Below are positions 20,254-30,419 of a stretch of 64,000 nt of DNA, one piece after another. Below the pieces are notes generated by a model that was not told the origin of the DNA, searched no databases, and saw nothing but the letters and a program-made list of their open reading frames with translations. A program made the translations under genes and the position numbers. This DNA is from a virus (Duplodnaviria > Caudoviricetes): IMG/VR virus record IMGVR_UViG_3300024255_001563, positions 136,844-200,843 of that record. One strand, 5' to 3'. Position 1 is the first letter of the stretch. Each line of letters opens with the position of its first letter.

Positions 20254-21662
20254 AAGATTTATATTGGCTACAAGACGAAAATAGTCGAATGGGAAAAGGA
20301 CAGCGAGATGTTTTTGAAAAAACAGGATCTTATACATTTTGCGCACTTCCTTGGATACATATAGCAACAAGACCTAACGGTGATGCTAGACTTTGCTGTG
20401 TAACAAATGCATCAGGTGCTCATACAGGAGATCACGAAGTTGGTCTTGTTAAAATGGAAAATGGTGAGCCTGCAAACTTTGGTAAAGATTCATTAAAAGA
20501 AGCATTTAATAATGACTACATGTGTAGTGTAAGAAAAACAATGATAGAAGGTAAAATACCTGCTAGTTGTACAAAGTGCTTTGAAGAAGAATCAAACGGA
20601 GTTGTAAGTAAACGTCTCTGGGAATTACATGAATGGAACAACGATGGGTTGGATTTTGCACAGCTAATAAAAGATACAAGCGAAGATGGAAAGATTCCGC
20701 ACGAAATACAATATTTTGATTTAAGATTAGGTCATACTTGTAACTTGAAGTGTGTAATGTGTAGTCCGCACGATAGCAGTCGATGGATGGAAGACTACGA
20801 AAAGATTATAGCAACCTCAAACAGTCAAACAGTTATACGACAAATAAGTTGGGATAAAACAAAGTTTAATAATAAATGGTACGAAAAGCCAGAACTTTGG
20901 GAAGAAATTTTTGAACAAATACCACATATTAAACAGTTGTATTTTGCTGGCGGTGAGCCTTTAATGATTAAAGAACATAGAAAATTTTTATTAGAAATAA
21001 TTAAAAGAGGATATGCTAAAAATATATGTTTACGATATAACTCTAATGGTGTCTTTGTAAATCAAGATATGATCGATATTTGGACAGAATTTAAACAAGT
21101 TAGATTTGCATTTAGTTTAGATGCAGTCGACGAACGTAACTATTATATTAGATACCCTACTAAGTGGAAAGATGTAGAGCGTAGTTTAGAGTTAATGGAT
21201 AATACTCCGGATCATATACATTGTCATATTGCCTGTGCAGTACAGGCATTAAATGTAAAACATATTGTTCACTTTGCAAAATGGAAACTTACTAAAGGCT
21301 ATAAGAAAATTAATAAGTTTAAAACAGATATCTATGAAGCAGGTGGCGGAATAATTAATCTACATTTACTGTACATTCCTACATTTTTAAGTGCAAGGAT
21401 ATTACCTGAAAAAGACAAACAAGAAATACGTGAACAGTTTGCAGAGTTTAAACAGTGGCTTTGGGACAATTATACACAAGATGATAACTTTTGGCACGAA
21501 AATCCTTATGGTTGGAAACGTTGGGAAGGTATATTAAGATTTATCGACGCAGAAGATCATTCACACTTATTACCTGACTTTAAAGATTATGTTAATAACC
21601 TTGATAAAATTAGAGGCTTAAATGCAAAAGAAGTATTTCCAGAATTGAAACATTTGCTATGA
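20250..21662 (+). CDS. Radical SAM enzyme with N-terminal SPASM/twitch-like domain
   Basis: CNLKCVMC, AGGEP, YNSNG; N-terminal FCALPW..LCC..SCTKC. Confidence 0.9.
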   Translation: MKDLYWLQDENSRMGKGQRDVFEKTGSYTFCALPWIHIATRPNGDARLCCVTNASGAHTGDHEVGLVKMENGEPANFGKDSLKEAFNNDYMCSVRKTMIEGKIPASCTKCFEEESNGVVSKRLWELHEWNNDGLDFAQLIKDTSEDGKIPHEIQYFDLRLGHTCNLKCVMCSPHDSSRWMEDYEKIIATSNSQTVIRQISWDKTKFNNKWYEKPELWEEIFEQIPHIKQLYFAGGEPLMIKEHRKFLLEIIKRGYAKNICLRYNSNGVFVNQDMIDIWTEFKQVRFAFSLDAVDERNYYIRYPTKWKDVERSLELMDNTPDHIHCHIACAVQALNVKHIVHFAKWKLTKGYKKINKFKTDIYEAGGGIINLHLLYIPTFLSARILPEKDKQEIREQFAEFKQWLWDNYTQDDNFWHENPYGWKRWEGILRFIDAEDHSHLLPDFKDYVNNLDKIRGLNAKEVFPELKHLL

Positions 21663-22696
21663 CAACCCCTATTAAGATAAAATCTACTAGAGAAGACTCT
21701 TATCTAGATATTAGATGGATGCCTAATAACGTTTGTAATTTTAAATGCAGATACTGTTTTCCAGGTAGTAATGACGGGGACTATCCTAGCCCTAAAGATA
21801 TAAATCTTATTATAAAAAACTTCAAACATTTGTTAACTGTTTATAAAGAGCAGTTAGGAAAAACAAAAACACATATTGAAATTATGGGGGGAGAGCCTAC
21901 ACTTTGGAGAGATCTTGATATATTCGTACAAGAAATTAAAAAAGATCACAATGTTTATATTAGTCTTATAACTAATGGGTCACGAACATTGCGGTGGTGG
22001 AAAGAAAAAGGACACCTCGTAGACAATATTCATTTGACACATCATGTTGCTCAGGCAAACTTAGATCACACAATTGGTGTAGCAGATGCTATGTATGATT
22101 TAGGAAAGAAAATTACTGTAAAAGTTTTGATGGATCCTACTTGTTGGGACGATTGTGTAGATGCTGTAGAATATTTAAAAAGGAACAGCAAACACAAATG
22201 GTTTGTTACAGTAGCAGAAGTAATAGAAACGGAATCAACTACGTTAAACGACATTAGAATAATAACCACTGATGATTTAAAGTATACTCCGGAACAGAAA
22301 AAGTATATGAAATGGGGTATAAAACAATTACCTAATTTTAAATGGTTTTGGAATAACAGAAATCTTATAGCAAACGGTGAAATTAGATATACTGAAAGTG
22401 TTGCTACACTAGAAAACAATAAAAAGGTAAGAGCAGAGTCCGGAACTTACATTAATAAAAATTGGAACAATTTTAAAGGATGGAGTTGCAACATTGGCGT
22501 AGATAGTATCTTTATTAATTGGGACGGAACACTTAAAGGATCTTGTGGAGAGTTTCTTTACGGTTTGAATTATTACTACAACATACTTGACAACGACTTC
22601 GAACAAAAATTTGATACGGAAATAAAGCCAACTATATGTTCAAAGTTTAATTGTATTTGTGCTCCTGAAACACATCTAACTAAGAAGAAACTTTAG
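21659..22696 (+). CDS. Radical SAM enzyme with C-terminal twitch-like Cys
   Basis: CNFKCRYC, MGGEP, ITNG; C-terminal WSCNIG..GSC..CSKFNCIC. Confidence 0.88.
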   Translation: MTTPIKIKSTREDSYLDIRWMPNNVCNFKCRYCFPGSNDGDYPSPKDINLIIKNFKHLLTVYKEQLGKTKTHIEIMGGEPTLWRDLDIFVQEIKKDHNVYISLITNGSRTLRWWKEKGHLVDNIHLTHHVAQANLDHTIGVADAMYDLGKKITVKVLMDPTCWDDCVDAVEYLKRNSKHKWFVTVAEVIETESTTLNDIRIITTDDLKYTPEQKKYMKWGIKQLPNFKWFWNNRNLIANGEIRYTESVATLENNKKVRAESGTYINKNWNNFKGWSCNIGVDSIFINWDGTLKGSCGEFLYGLNYYYNILDNDFEQKFDTEIKPTICSKFNCICAPETHLTKKKL

Positions 22697-23585
22697 TTAA
22701 CGGAATATCAGCAGCACAAGTACACCACTTACGTGTACAAGTAATTGGTTCTAAAGGTTGTTTAAACGTACCATTATAAATATTTCCTAGACTACCGCCT
22801 ACTCTACAAGTAGCACGATGAACCTCGCCGTCCCAATTGATCATCAGACTTTCTAAACCTGCATTACAAGTCCAGCCCTCGAATTGATTTAGTTTATGTT
22901 TAATAATATCATTAGCATGTATCATATCTTTTCCGTCTATGACGCAGTTTGCCTTCACAGTTGCAGTTTTACTAAGTATCCATTCTAAGTCTTGTCCGTT
23001 ATACCTCATATCGTCAAACCATTCTCGATCGTCAGCATCAGTCCATCGTATTCGTCTACACACATACGGAATACGATGACTTTCAAGCAATGATGCTACA
23101 TCGCGTACTTGATTCATATATTCATGATGACACATTAAGTTAACTTGAAATAGCGTATCCTTGCCCTCCATGTCTAGTAACTGACTATATCTAATAATAT
23201 TTTCGCCTGCTCTTCGGCTATGTTCGTTGTCAAAGTGCAAACTAAATACCCATTGATCTACAGGTTGTTTAATATACCACTCTGGCGAACGCAATCCGTT
23301 TGTAGTAACACTTAGCCGCTGTAGTCGTTGACTTCCACATTCTAAGATATCATTAATTTTAGGATGTACAGTAGGTTCGCCTCCTGTTAAACTTAGTCGT
23401 ATTGGTTTATTAATCTTTTCCAATTCATAGATTGTGTTAACCATAACATTTAGATCAGTGTGAGGGCTAAAGTTATCGTGTATTTCAGCAGGACAGTAAG
23501 CGCAATCTAAGTTACAGCGTTTGCCAATATTCCATTCGACATGAATACTGGTATGGTGTCCCCAACGATTTTCTATGCTATGCAT
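22680..23585 (-). CDS. Radical SAM enzyme with C-terminal twitch-like Cys
   Basis: CNLDCAYC, TGGEP, TTNG; C-terminal WTCNAG..ATC..CTRKWCTC. Start placed at ATG 23585 (MHSIENRW), coupled to the upstream stop. Confidence 0.88.
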   Translation of the reverse strand: MHSIENRWGHHTSIHVEWNIGKRCNLDCAYCPAEIHDNFSPHTDLNVMVNTIYELEKINKPIRLSLTGGEPTVHPKINDILECGSQRLQRLSVTTNGLRSPEWYIKQPVDQWVFSLHFDNEHSRRAGENIIRYSQLLDMEGKDTLFQVNLMCHHEYMNQVRDVASLLESHRIPYVCRRIRWTDADDREWFDDMRYNGQDLEWILSKTATVKANCVIDGKDMIHANDIIKHKLNQFEGWTCNAGLESLMINWDGEVHRATCRVGGSLGNIYNGTFKQPLEPITCTRKWCTCAADIPLTKVSS

Positions 23586-24843
23586 ATGGTTTAAACTCTG
23601 GTGTAGCATCAAGAAAAGACTGATTACGGCTTGCATCTAATCTTTTATTGTATTCGATAGTGTCTTGCCATAAATTGCTTTGATCGTTTGCTTTTATAAA
23701 ATTAATTATTCCGTCTATTTGACCTAGCGTAATATTTAATAGTATTGGATTTTCTTTTACATAATAAAAGTTAGGAACATCTAATTTTATAGTTTCTAAT
23801 CGTCTAATTGCTTCTAGCTTTAATTCTTCGGGCAATACTTGTGGACATAATACTCTAGGATAATTTACCATGTTTGTGTAAAATACAATTCCTATATTGT
23901 TAAGAAAGTGTTCTATCATTTTATCTAGTATTAATACATTACTAACTTGTACAGCAACAGCACCTACTATTCTTGTAATATTAGGAAAAGTTTTAAAAAC
24001 TTTTATGTTCTCCATAATGTCTTCGAACTTGCCATTGCCTCGTACATATTCGTAACTATCGCCTATACCATCTATACTTACATTAAGTGCGATTGTTTTA
24101 AACTTGGGCCAATAGTCGTGTATAGTACGTCCACCTTTAATACCGGTAGTTGTTCCGTTAGTAGCATACTTTAGTTCAATGTTTTCTCCGTATGGAGCCA
24201 ACATATCGAGTATACGATAATGTTGCGGATCCATTAATGGTTCTCCCCCAGCAAACTCTACACGTCTAAAGTAAGGCAATAACTTTTCAAAACTATTCCA
24301 CCAATTTGGATTGTCATCAAATTTGTCCAAATAAGGTTTTTTCATTAAGTTGAGCTTACGTATTTCCTCAACCATAAAGTTACCTTCTTTCACATAAAAT
24401 TCTTCTACTTCTTTATAGTCATTCCAACTAGTACTATCCATTGGATGACACATACGACATTTTAAATTGCACAAGTTATTGAGCTTAATTTCCATAGTAG
24501 GAATTTCGAAAGGCATGCTATAATCTTCGTCTAATGCGTCTAATGCATCAGGGTATAAGTTGACCCTAGCTTCCGGTATTACTCCTGCTATATGACGCTG
24601 TCGTAAGCTCTCTACCCCCTGATCTTCAAGGTTAAAGCATGGCGCACATTCGCTAGGACGATCATTATTTAAAACTTGTTTTCGAATACGTTTCATAGTA
24701 TCGTTATTCCAAATTTCTTCAAGAGTTTGTTCTTGTATATTACCTACAGGATGACTACGACAGCAAGCCATGACAGCACCGTCACTGCGTGTTGCAAGTC
24801 CTGTAAAAGGATGCATACAGAATGTACATGATTTATTTTGCAT
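23578..24843 (-). CDS. Radical SAM enzyme with N-terminal SPASM/twitch-like domain
   Basis: CNLKCRMC, AGGEP, YATNG, VSIDG; N-terminal FCMHPF..ACC..ECAPC. Confidence 0.9.
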   Translation of the reverse strand: MQNKSCTFCMHPFTGLATRSDGAVMACCRSHPVGNIQEQTLEEIWNNDTMKRIRKQVLNNDRPSECAPCFNLEDQGVESLRQRHIAGVIPEARVNLYPDALDALDEDYSMPFEIPTMEIKLNNLCNLKCRMCHPMDSTSWNDYKEVEEFYVKEGNFMVEEIRKLNLMKKPYLDKFDDNPNWWNSFEKLLPYFRRVEFAGGEPLMDPQHYRILDMLAPYGENIELKYATNGTTTGIKGGRTIHDYWPKFKTIALNVSIDGIGDSYEYVRGNGKFEDIMENIKVFKTFPNITRIVGAVAVQVSNVLILDKMIEHFLNNIGIVFYTNMVNYPRVLCPQVLPEELKLEAIRRLETIKLDVPNFYYVKENPILLNITLGQIDGIINFIKANDQSNLWQDTIEYNKRLDASRNQSFLDATPEFKPYA

Positions 24844-25531
24844 TATCTACTGCCCAATCTCTTTCTTTGCACCAAAAGCACTCATTACAGACAGGAACTA
24901 ATTCGCCTTTTTTATAGTTTCTATAATCTAACCAATCAAACGTTCCTTCACAACTTCTAGTAATATTAAATAAATCTACAATGTCTTCTTGTTTATATTT
25001 TTCAATTAACTTATCTTTGCTAGTAAAACGAAATGGATGAATAGCATATCTTTCCATATGTTCCATTATAAGTAAATGTTTATTTTCTTCTGTAGGTTCA
25101 ATATCTCGTTCTATCATTCCGCCTAAGTTTTCATTTGGATTTTTAGTAACACCATTATAGTAAGCATCAACATTATTTTTAAAGCATACGTATTCTGCAT
25201 ACGATCTTATTTGTATATTATCACCACTTACTATTTTACCGTATTCGTCTTTGATACTAGGTCCTATTTCTCCGTATTCAATATCAGGAGCAATAAAGTT
25301 TTTATGTAGTTTAAAGTTTATTGCTGGAAATCTTTTTCTAATCCATGTTATAACATATTCTGCATCGTGTTCTTGCCAAGGTTTAGTTTTCCAACATCTT
25401 ACATTATTGATAATATGAACTGTCTGACTAGTAACTTCTTTGCATAGTAGATATAATAGTAATGCACTGTCTGCACCGCCGCTAACACTTACAGCAATAT
25501 TATTCCATTTCTTGTCAAAAAATAAATTCAT
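24833..25531 (-). CDS. QueC-like PP-loop ATPase (adenylating or amidating enzyme)
   Basis: VSVSGGADS PP-loop; C-terminal TRSC...CNECFWCKER matches the QueC Zn-binding pattern. Confidence 0.65.
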   Translation of the reverse strand: MNLFFDKKWNNIAVSVSGGADSALLLYLLCKEVTSQTVHIINNVRCWKTKPWQEHDAEYVITWIRKRFPAINFKLHKNFIAPDIEYGEIGPSIKDEYGKIVSGDNIQIRSYAEYVCFKNNVDAYYNGVTKNPNENLGGMIERDIEPTEENKHLLIMEHMERYAIHPFRFTSKDKLIEKYKQEDIVDLFNITRSCEGTFDWLDYRNYKKGELVPVCNECFWCKERDWAVDNAK

Positions 25532-26370
25532 TTTTCTAAGTACCTTAGTAATGGGCTTACTCCTACTGGAGACCCACTACGATCTTTAGCAATATGTATA
25601 CTGTTAGTTTCTTTTAAATTAAAATCTTTACAGATTTTTGAATAGTTTTCTAAATGAGTGCTCCAAAGATGTCCAGGCCTTGTATTTTTTAAAAAATGTA
25701 AACCTACCATTGCAAGCACTCTATTATTCATACGAAAGTCATTCATGATGCTAATTGAATCAGTAGTGTCTTTTGACCAACGCACACCAATTCTGTTCCA
25801 ACCTAGTCCTAATCCTTTGCTTAAACTAATAGCAACGCTTTTTATAGCAGGATGATTAAAATTAAAATTAATATTTCTTGAACAAGTAATCCACGCTCCG
25901 TCTATGTGTACAGGTATACTCATATTATAGCATAAGTCTAATAATTTGTCAACGTCTTGTATAATGTCTCCTGTGCTAGGAAACGGCAATGCAAGTATAA
26001 GAGGAATGTTATCTTTTAATGTGTCTATAGTAACAGGCGTATTTCCTAATCGTTGATGGTATTTATAATCGCCTTTTAGTGTTTGTACATCTCCGACCAT
26101 ATATTGATTGTCTATAAATTGTGTACAACCAATACAGATATCTTTTCGACTGAATGTTTCAAATCCTGTCAAATTGTTTTGTGGCATTAGTTGAATCCAA
26201 GCCTCGCACTCTTTAATAAAATCTTTGTACACTTGATCACTAGTGTCTTTACTAAAGTCATTTTGCATAACTTCTTGTATTAGACGTTCTATAGTTTTAT
26301 CGGTTAATGGCTGCGGCCTATCAGTGTCTAGCCAGTCTTCTGTGTATGTTGTTGCTGTAAGTATATTCAC
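25528..26370 (-). CDS. PLP-dependent fold-type I enzyme (aminotransferase-like)
   Basis: PVHIDGAW (PLP Asp), SLSK (Schiff-base Lys), NRIG. Start placed at GTG 26370; the longer track ORF overlaps a divergent gene. Confidence 0.65.
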   Translation of the reverse strand: MNILTATTYTEDWLDTDRPQPLTDKTIERLIQEVMQNDFSKDTSDQVYKDFIKECEAWIQLMPQNNLTGFETFSRKDICIGCTQFIDNQYMVGDVQTLKGDYKYHQRLGNTPVTIDTLKDNIPLILALPFPSTGDIIQDVDKLLDLCYNMSIPVHIDGAWITCSRNINFNFNHPAIKSVAISLSKGLGLGWNRIGVRWSKDTTDSISIMNDFRMNNRVLAMVGLHFLKNTRPGHLWSTHLENYSKICKDFNLKETNSIHIAKDRSGSPVGVSPLLRYLEK

Positions 26371-26374
26371 ATCG

Positions 26375-26405
26375 TATTTACCTGAGTTAACTGCGCAGAT
26401 AAATA
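26375..26405. promoter_or_regulatory. Back-to-back TAAATA late-promoter-like motifs
   Basis: Minus-strand TAAATA at 26375-26380 lies 4 nt from GTG; plus-strand TAAATA at 26400-26405 lies 5 nt from ATG. Resembles the T4 late promoter TATAAATA. Confidence 0.55.
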
Positions 26406-26410
26406 TTTCT

Positions 26411-27085
26411 ATGTTAACAATGACACAATATAATGTTCCTCCTCTCTTCCTTAAAGACGGGTTAGATTCGATACCTTCTGAATCTTTTAGGACTGCAATT
26501 AACAAACCTACAGGAAATTTTTTCTATGACCCATGGGTTATAGCTGATGAATTTAAAGATACAGTTTGGGAAAGAATTTATAATACTTTGCTGGTAGAAG
26601 ATAAGGGAGAAGCTAGATTAATTAAATTAGAACCTGGCGAGTGTTATCAATCACATGCAGATATTGATGACAGGTATCATCTTAATCTAAGTGGCAATAA
26701 CTGTTTTCTTATTAATTTAGAAACTGAAAAACTAACGCCTTTAAATTTTGATGGTATTTGGTGGGAAATGGATGCAGGAAGTATACACACTGCGGCAAAT
26801 TTTGGCAATCGGACTAGATATCAGTTAGTAATAAGAAAACTACTTGACAAAGTAATACTTGACAAGCCTGTTGAAGTAAGTATTACTATTCCTAAAACAG
26901 TAGATCAAGAAGACTGTAGATATATTTTTGACCAAAGAGTAAGTCCTTGGCTTAACAAAGCAAATAAACTAGGACTTATACAAGACTTCAAATATGCACC
27001 AAGAAACGTTAATTTCAAAACTACAAAAGAGAACATAGAAGATATTCAAGATATACTACCAAGCGAGTTTACTTTAAATGTATGA
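26411..27085 (+). CDS. Fe(II)/2OG dioxygenase, Asp/Asn beta-hydroxylase-like cupin
   Basis: ARLIKLEPG..SHAD..RYHL..IHTAANFG..RYQLVI. Start placed at ATG 26411. Confidence 0.75.
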   Translation: MLTMTQYNVPPLFLKDGLDSIPSESFRTAINKPTGNFFYDPWVIADEFKDTVWERIYNTLLVEDKGEARLIKLEPGECYQSHADIDDRYHLNLSGNNCFLINLETEKLTPLNFDGIWWEMDAGSIHTAANFGNRTRYQLVIRKLLDKVILDKPVEVSITIPKTVDQEDCRYIFDQRVSPWLNKANKLGLIQDFKYAPRNVNFKTTKENIEDIQDILPSEFTLNV

Positions 27086-28277
27086 TACTAAAGACTGGAA
27101 ACACTTTTTAAAAATTGATCCTGAATCATTTGACAGGACAATGAATAATAATTTATATACTCCATTTGTGAGTCCGGATGGAAAAATTTTATGTATGCAC
27201 TGGGATAAAGCCAGTGAATATCAAAAACGAGACGGACAAGGAAGGGTACTTACAAATGATCTAATGGATTTCTTTTTTGAAAGAGAATTAAAATACCTAA
27301 AATTATTTAAAAACTATGCCTGGTGTCCAGAAGTATTGTCTATAGATTATACCAATAAAAAAATTTTTATAGAATGGCATAACGAAACTTGCAATGACAT
27401 TATATACGGTGAAGGTGATATAGACAAACAATTTCCTGATTGGCAAGAACAACTCTTTACTATAATTAATGATATTACAAAAAGTGGACATTATAAAACT
27501 AGTTTGTATCCTCATTGTTTTTTCTTTAATAGTAAAGGACAATTAAAAACATTTGATATGTATGCATGTACACATAAAGATGATCCTTATATTTCCTTTG
27601 AGCAAATAAAAGGTATGATGGGTAAAGAATCTATGGAAAGTGGTAGATTCAAAGAAGCGTCAGAAGGCGATTCTTTAAACTTAGGAAAATTTTTTAAACG
27701 AGCATTAGCCGAACATGTAATATGGCCCCATAATGCATTACAAAGAATATATGAGCGTGTATTTTTTGATTGGAACAATGTTATTGATGACTTAGAAAAA
27801 CAAGACGGTGTAAGTATTACTGCTGATCCAAGTAAATGGAATCTAGATACACCGGGATATACAGACATTTATAAGTTATGGCAAGAAGCAAACTTTAATC
27901 CTAGTGCAATTAAATGGATTAACTATTACCCTAAGACCCACTATTCTAAAAAAATTATAGATGAACTATCTGAAGGGTTGCATATTAAAGTATTGCGATC
28001 TTGGATTAGTAAAATAGAGCCAGGATACTTTGCACCTTGGCACTGGGATGTTGACGATAACGAAGAAGAGTATTTACAAGGTGGCGATATTGTTAGATAT
28101 AGTTGTTTCATTGAACCGCCTGCAATGGGTCATGTGTTTATAATTAACGATGATTATTACTTTAATATGCTACAAGGCAAAATAGTAAAATGGAATAATT
28201 ATAAAGATTGGCATTGTGGAATTAATGGCGGATTAAAATCTAAATATATGTTACATATATTAGGAAATCCTTTATAA
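27078..28277 (+). CDS. Fusion of a kinase-like (pseudokinase) domain and an Fe(II)/2OG dioxygenase domain
   Basis: N-terminal half parallels 32311..32997 (FERELKYL..PEV..IDY..KKI; DWQEQ; KTSLYPHCFF); C-terminal ISKIEPG..WHWD..WHCGING. Confidence 0.65.
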   Translation: MYDTKDWKHFLKIDPESFDRTMNNNLYTPFVSPDGKILCMHWDKASEYQKRDGQGRVLTNDLMDFFFERELKYLKLFKNYAWCPEVLSIDYTNKKIFIEWHNETCNDIIYGEGDIDKQFPDWQEQLFTIINDITKSGHYKTSLYPHCFFFNSKGQLKTFDMYACTHKDDPYISFEQIKGMMGKESMESGRFKEASEGDSLNLGKFFKRALAEHVIWPHNALQRIYERVFFDWNNVIDDLEKQDGVSITADPSKWNLDTPGYTDIYKLWQEANFNPSAIKWINYYPKTHYSKKIIDELSEGLHIKVLRSWISKIEPGYFAPWHWDVDDNEEEYLQGGDIVRYSCFIEPPAMGHVFIINDDYYFNMLQGKIVKWNNYKDWHCGINGGLKSKYMLHILGNPL

Positions 28278-28814
28278 GGATTTTGACAAATCTTTGTAAG
28301 TTGTTATCTGAAAAGTGTATCTAGGTTTAAAACCAATATTAACTGCACCGTGTATACACATCGGGTCACTCCATCTGTATAAATCACCGGCTTTATAGTT
28401 ACTAATCATCTTATCTTCGTATTGATAAATGTGTCCAGGTTGCCAGTCTTGTAAAAATAAAGTGTAACGCTGTGGATCTTCTGCATATACTAATTGTGGG
28501 TCAAAATGCATAGGTTGAAATTGTCCTGGTAGCAATTTTATAAACCACCAATAACTTTCTCTACCTTCTTCTTCGCCTAGCGGAGGAAGCTCAACATTTA
28601 TACCTTTTATATCAGGACTACTATTAGCATATTGATGAAACACATCTCCTCTATCAGCATACCCGCTTCTTGTTTTTTCGCGAGCTTCGTCTAGCATAGG
28701 ATGATCTTTCCACTTATCTGGCTGCCATACTGGAACAACATCACCTGTGCGATTTTCCATAGCATCCATTATTTCGTCTGTAACGAATTCTCTATAGTTA
28801 TCTAAAAATATCAT
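28272..28814 (-). CDS. Fe(II)/2OG dioxygenase-like cupin
   Basis: FIKLLPGQFQPMHFD..IHGAVNIG..RYTFQIT. Confidence 0.72.
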   Translation of the reverse strand: MIFLDNYREFVTDEIMDAMENRTGDVVPVWQPDKWKDHPMLDEAREKTRSGYADRGDVFHQYANSSPDIKGINVELPPLGEEEGRESYWWFIKLLPGQFQPMHFDPQLVYAEDPQRYTLFLQDWQPGHIYQYEDKMISNYKAGDLYRWSDPMCIHGAVNIGFKPRYTFQITTYKDLSKSL

Positions 28815-29320
28815 TTAATTATCCTTTGTGTAATATTTAGGGCAAGTCGAGTAGAAAATCCTATATTACTCGATCCATGTAGCAGATCCGGATCAGTAAA
28901 CATAAACATATCTCCTGCTTTATAGTCGATGGCTAATTCATTATTACAGATTAACAGATGGCCCGGTTGATAATCCAGCATTGACATCCAATATCGTGCT
29001 ACAGTTGTAGTTTCCTCTTCTTCTTGATCAACGTGTAACGGGCTATATTGACCGGGTTTTTGTTTTATGAACCACCAAAGAACAGCATTCTCGACTGGCA
29101 TTTCTATATCAAATGGTAAATCGTTTTTTTCAAAAAAACAACTCCATTCCGTTGTAAGATCATAGCCTGCGTTTTTAAACTTGTTAAAAATATGGTTTTC
29201 AAAATCGTTCTCAGATTCTTTGTTACACGGACGAGGAACACCGTCGTTTTCTAACATATACCTTACCCATTCGGGATTAATCCAGTGAGAATAGTTTCCT
29301 ATATATTTGAGTGATTTCAT
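28811..29320 (-). CDS. Fe(II)/2OG dioxygenase-like cupin, paralog
   Basis: FIKQKPGQYSPLHVD..LHGSSNIG..RLALNIT. Confidence 0.72.
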   Translation of the reverse strand: MKSLKYIGNYSHWINPEWVRYMLENDGVPRPCNKESENDFENHIFNKFKNAGYDLTTEWSCFFEKNDLPFDIEMPVENAVLWWFIKQKPGQYSPLHVDQEEEETTTVARYWMSMLDYQPGHLLICNNELAIDYKAGDMFMFTDPDLLHGSSNIGFSTRLALNITQRIIK

Positions 29321-29844
29321 TTAGCACTCCATGTAGTAAAATTAAACACTAGTCTAGTATAATGTCCCATATTACCTCCAGCATGCCAAGCATCGCTTTT
29401 ATGAAACTTAAACAAATCGCCTTTCTTATAATTGCTTACTTGTTCATTTTCATACCAGAATATATGCCCTTCTTTAAAGTCTTGCATAGGCATCCAATAA
29501 CGATTAACATTTAATCCATCTTCTATTGGCAAGTCTTGATGCACCGGTTGTACTTTTCCAACATTATACTTAACAAACCACCATTCATTATCTGTATAGG
29601 TTTCTTCTATTTCTGGTAGTATAAGTTTAAACGGAAATTGTTCTTGTTTATATGAGTGACAAACTGTATCATTAAAGTCCCATTCTTCTCTACCGTGAAA
29701 ATCATCATTACCTACAAAACAAGTTTGTTCTACTATATCTTTAGGTATTGCTTTAGGCAATCTTTCGCCGTCATTGTTTAAAATGTAATCAACCCATTCG
29801 TCTGAGATCCAGTCTGCATAATTTCCAATATAAATTAAACTCAT
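29317..29844 (-). CDS. Fe(II)/2OG dioxygenase-like cupin, paralog
   Basis: FVKYNVGKVQPVHQD..WHAGGNMG..RLVFNFT. Confidence 0.72.
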   Translation of the reverse strand: MSLIYIGNYADWISDEWVDYILNNDGERLPKAIPKDIVEQTCFVGNDDFHGREEWDFNDTVCHSYKQEQFPFKLILPEIEETYTDNEWWFVKYNVGKVQPVHQDLPIEDGLNVNRYWMPMQDFKEGHIFWYENEQVSNYKKGDLFKFHKSDAWHAGGNMGHYTRLVFNFTTWSAK

Positions 29845-30419
29845 TTAGGATACACCGTTAAGTTAAAGGTTAATCTAGTAGAATGTCCCATATTGCCTCC
29901 GCCGTGCCAGATATCTTCGCCGTCGTGTTTGAACATATCTCCTTTTTTGTAGTCTTTAAGTATTTTATTGTCATAAAGGAACAAATGTCCTCTTTTATAA
30001 TCTTGTAAAGGTATCAAGTATCTTTCAACATTGTTTTTGTTTGACATTGCTACGCCGTCAACATACTCTTTTCCGTAATCTGCATAATCTTGATGTACTG
30101 GTTGTACCATACCTGGGCGTAGTTTCATAAAAAACCATTCGTGTTCATGAGGTATGTCAAATGGCATTTCAACTTTAAAAGGAAGTTCGTGTTGTTTATA
30201 TGTAATACAACAGACCCAATCAGTTCCCCATTCTTCTTTTCCGTCTGCAATTCTAACTCCGCTATTAGGATCCTCGCCTCTTATAGCGGCGTCAACCATA
30301 CCAGGCTCTTCCTCGGCTGTAGCATCTCTTGGAAAACAAGAACCGTCTACAGAAAGAAAGTGTTCTATCCATTCGTCTTTGATCCAGTCTGCATAATTGT
30401 TTACAACCTTTAATGCCAT
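29841..30419 (-). CDS. Fe(II)/2OG dioxygenase-like cupin, paralog
   Basis: FMKLRPGMVQPVHQD..WHGGGNMG..RLTFNLT. Confidence 0.72.
   Translation of the reverse strand: MALKVVNNYADWIKDEWIEHFLSVDGSCFPRDATAEEEPGMVDAAIRGEDPNSGVRIADGKEEWGTDWVCCITYKQHELPFKVEMPFDIPHEHEWFFMKLRPGMVQPVHQDYADYGKEYVDGVAMSNKNNVERYLIPLQDYKRGHLFLYDNKILKDYKKGDMFKHDGEDIWHGGGNMGHSTRLTFNLTVYPK

Noticed and set aside
26243-26505. Long bidirectional overlap between ORFs 25528..26505 and 26243..27085 as given in the track
   Set aside because: Moving the starts to 26370 and 26411 removes the overlap and exposes a divergent promoter pair; the extensions carry no family motifs.
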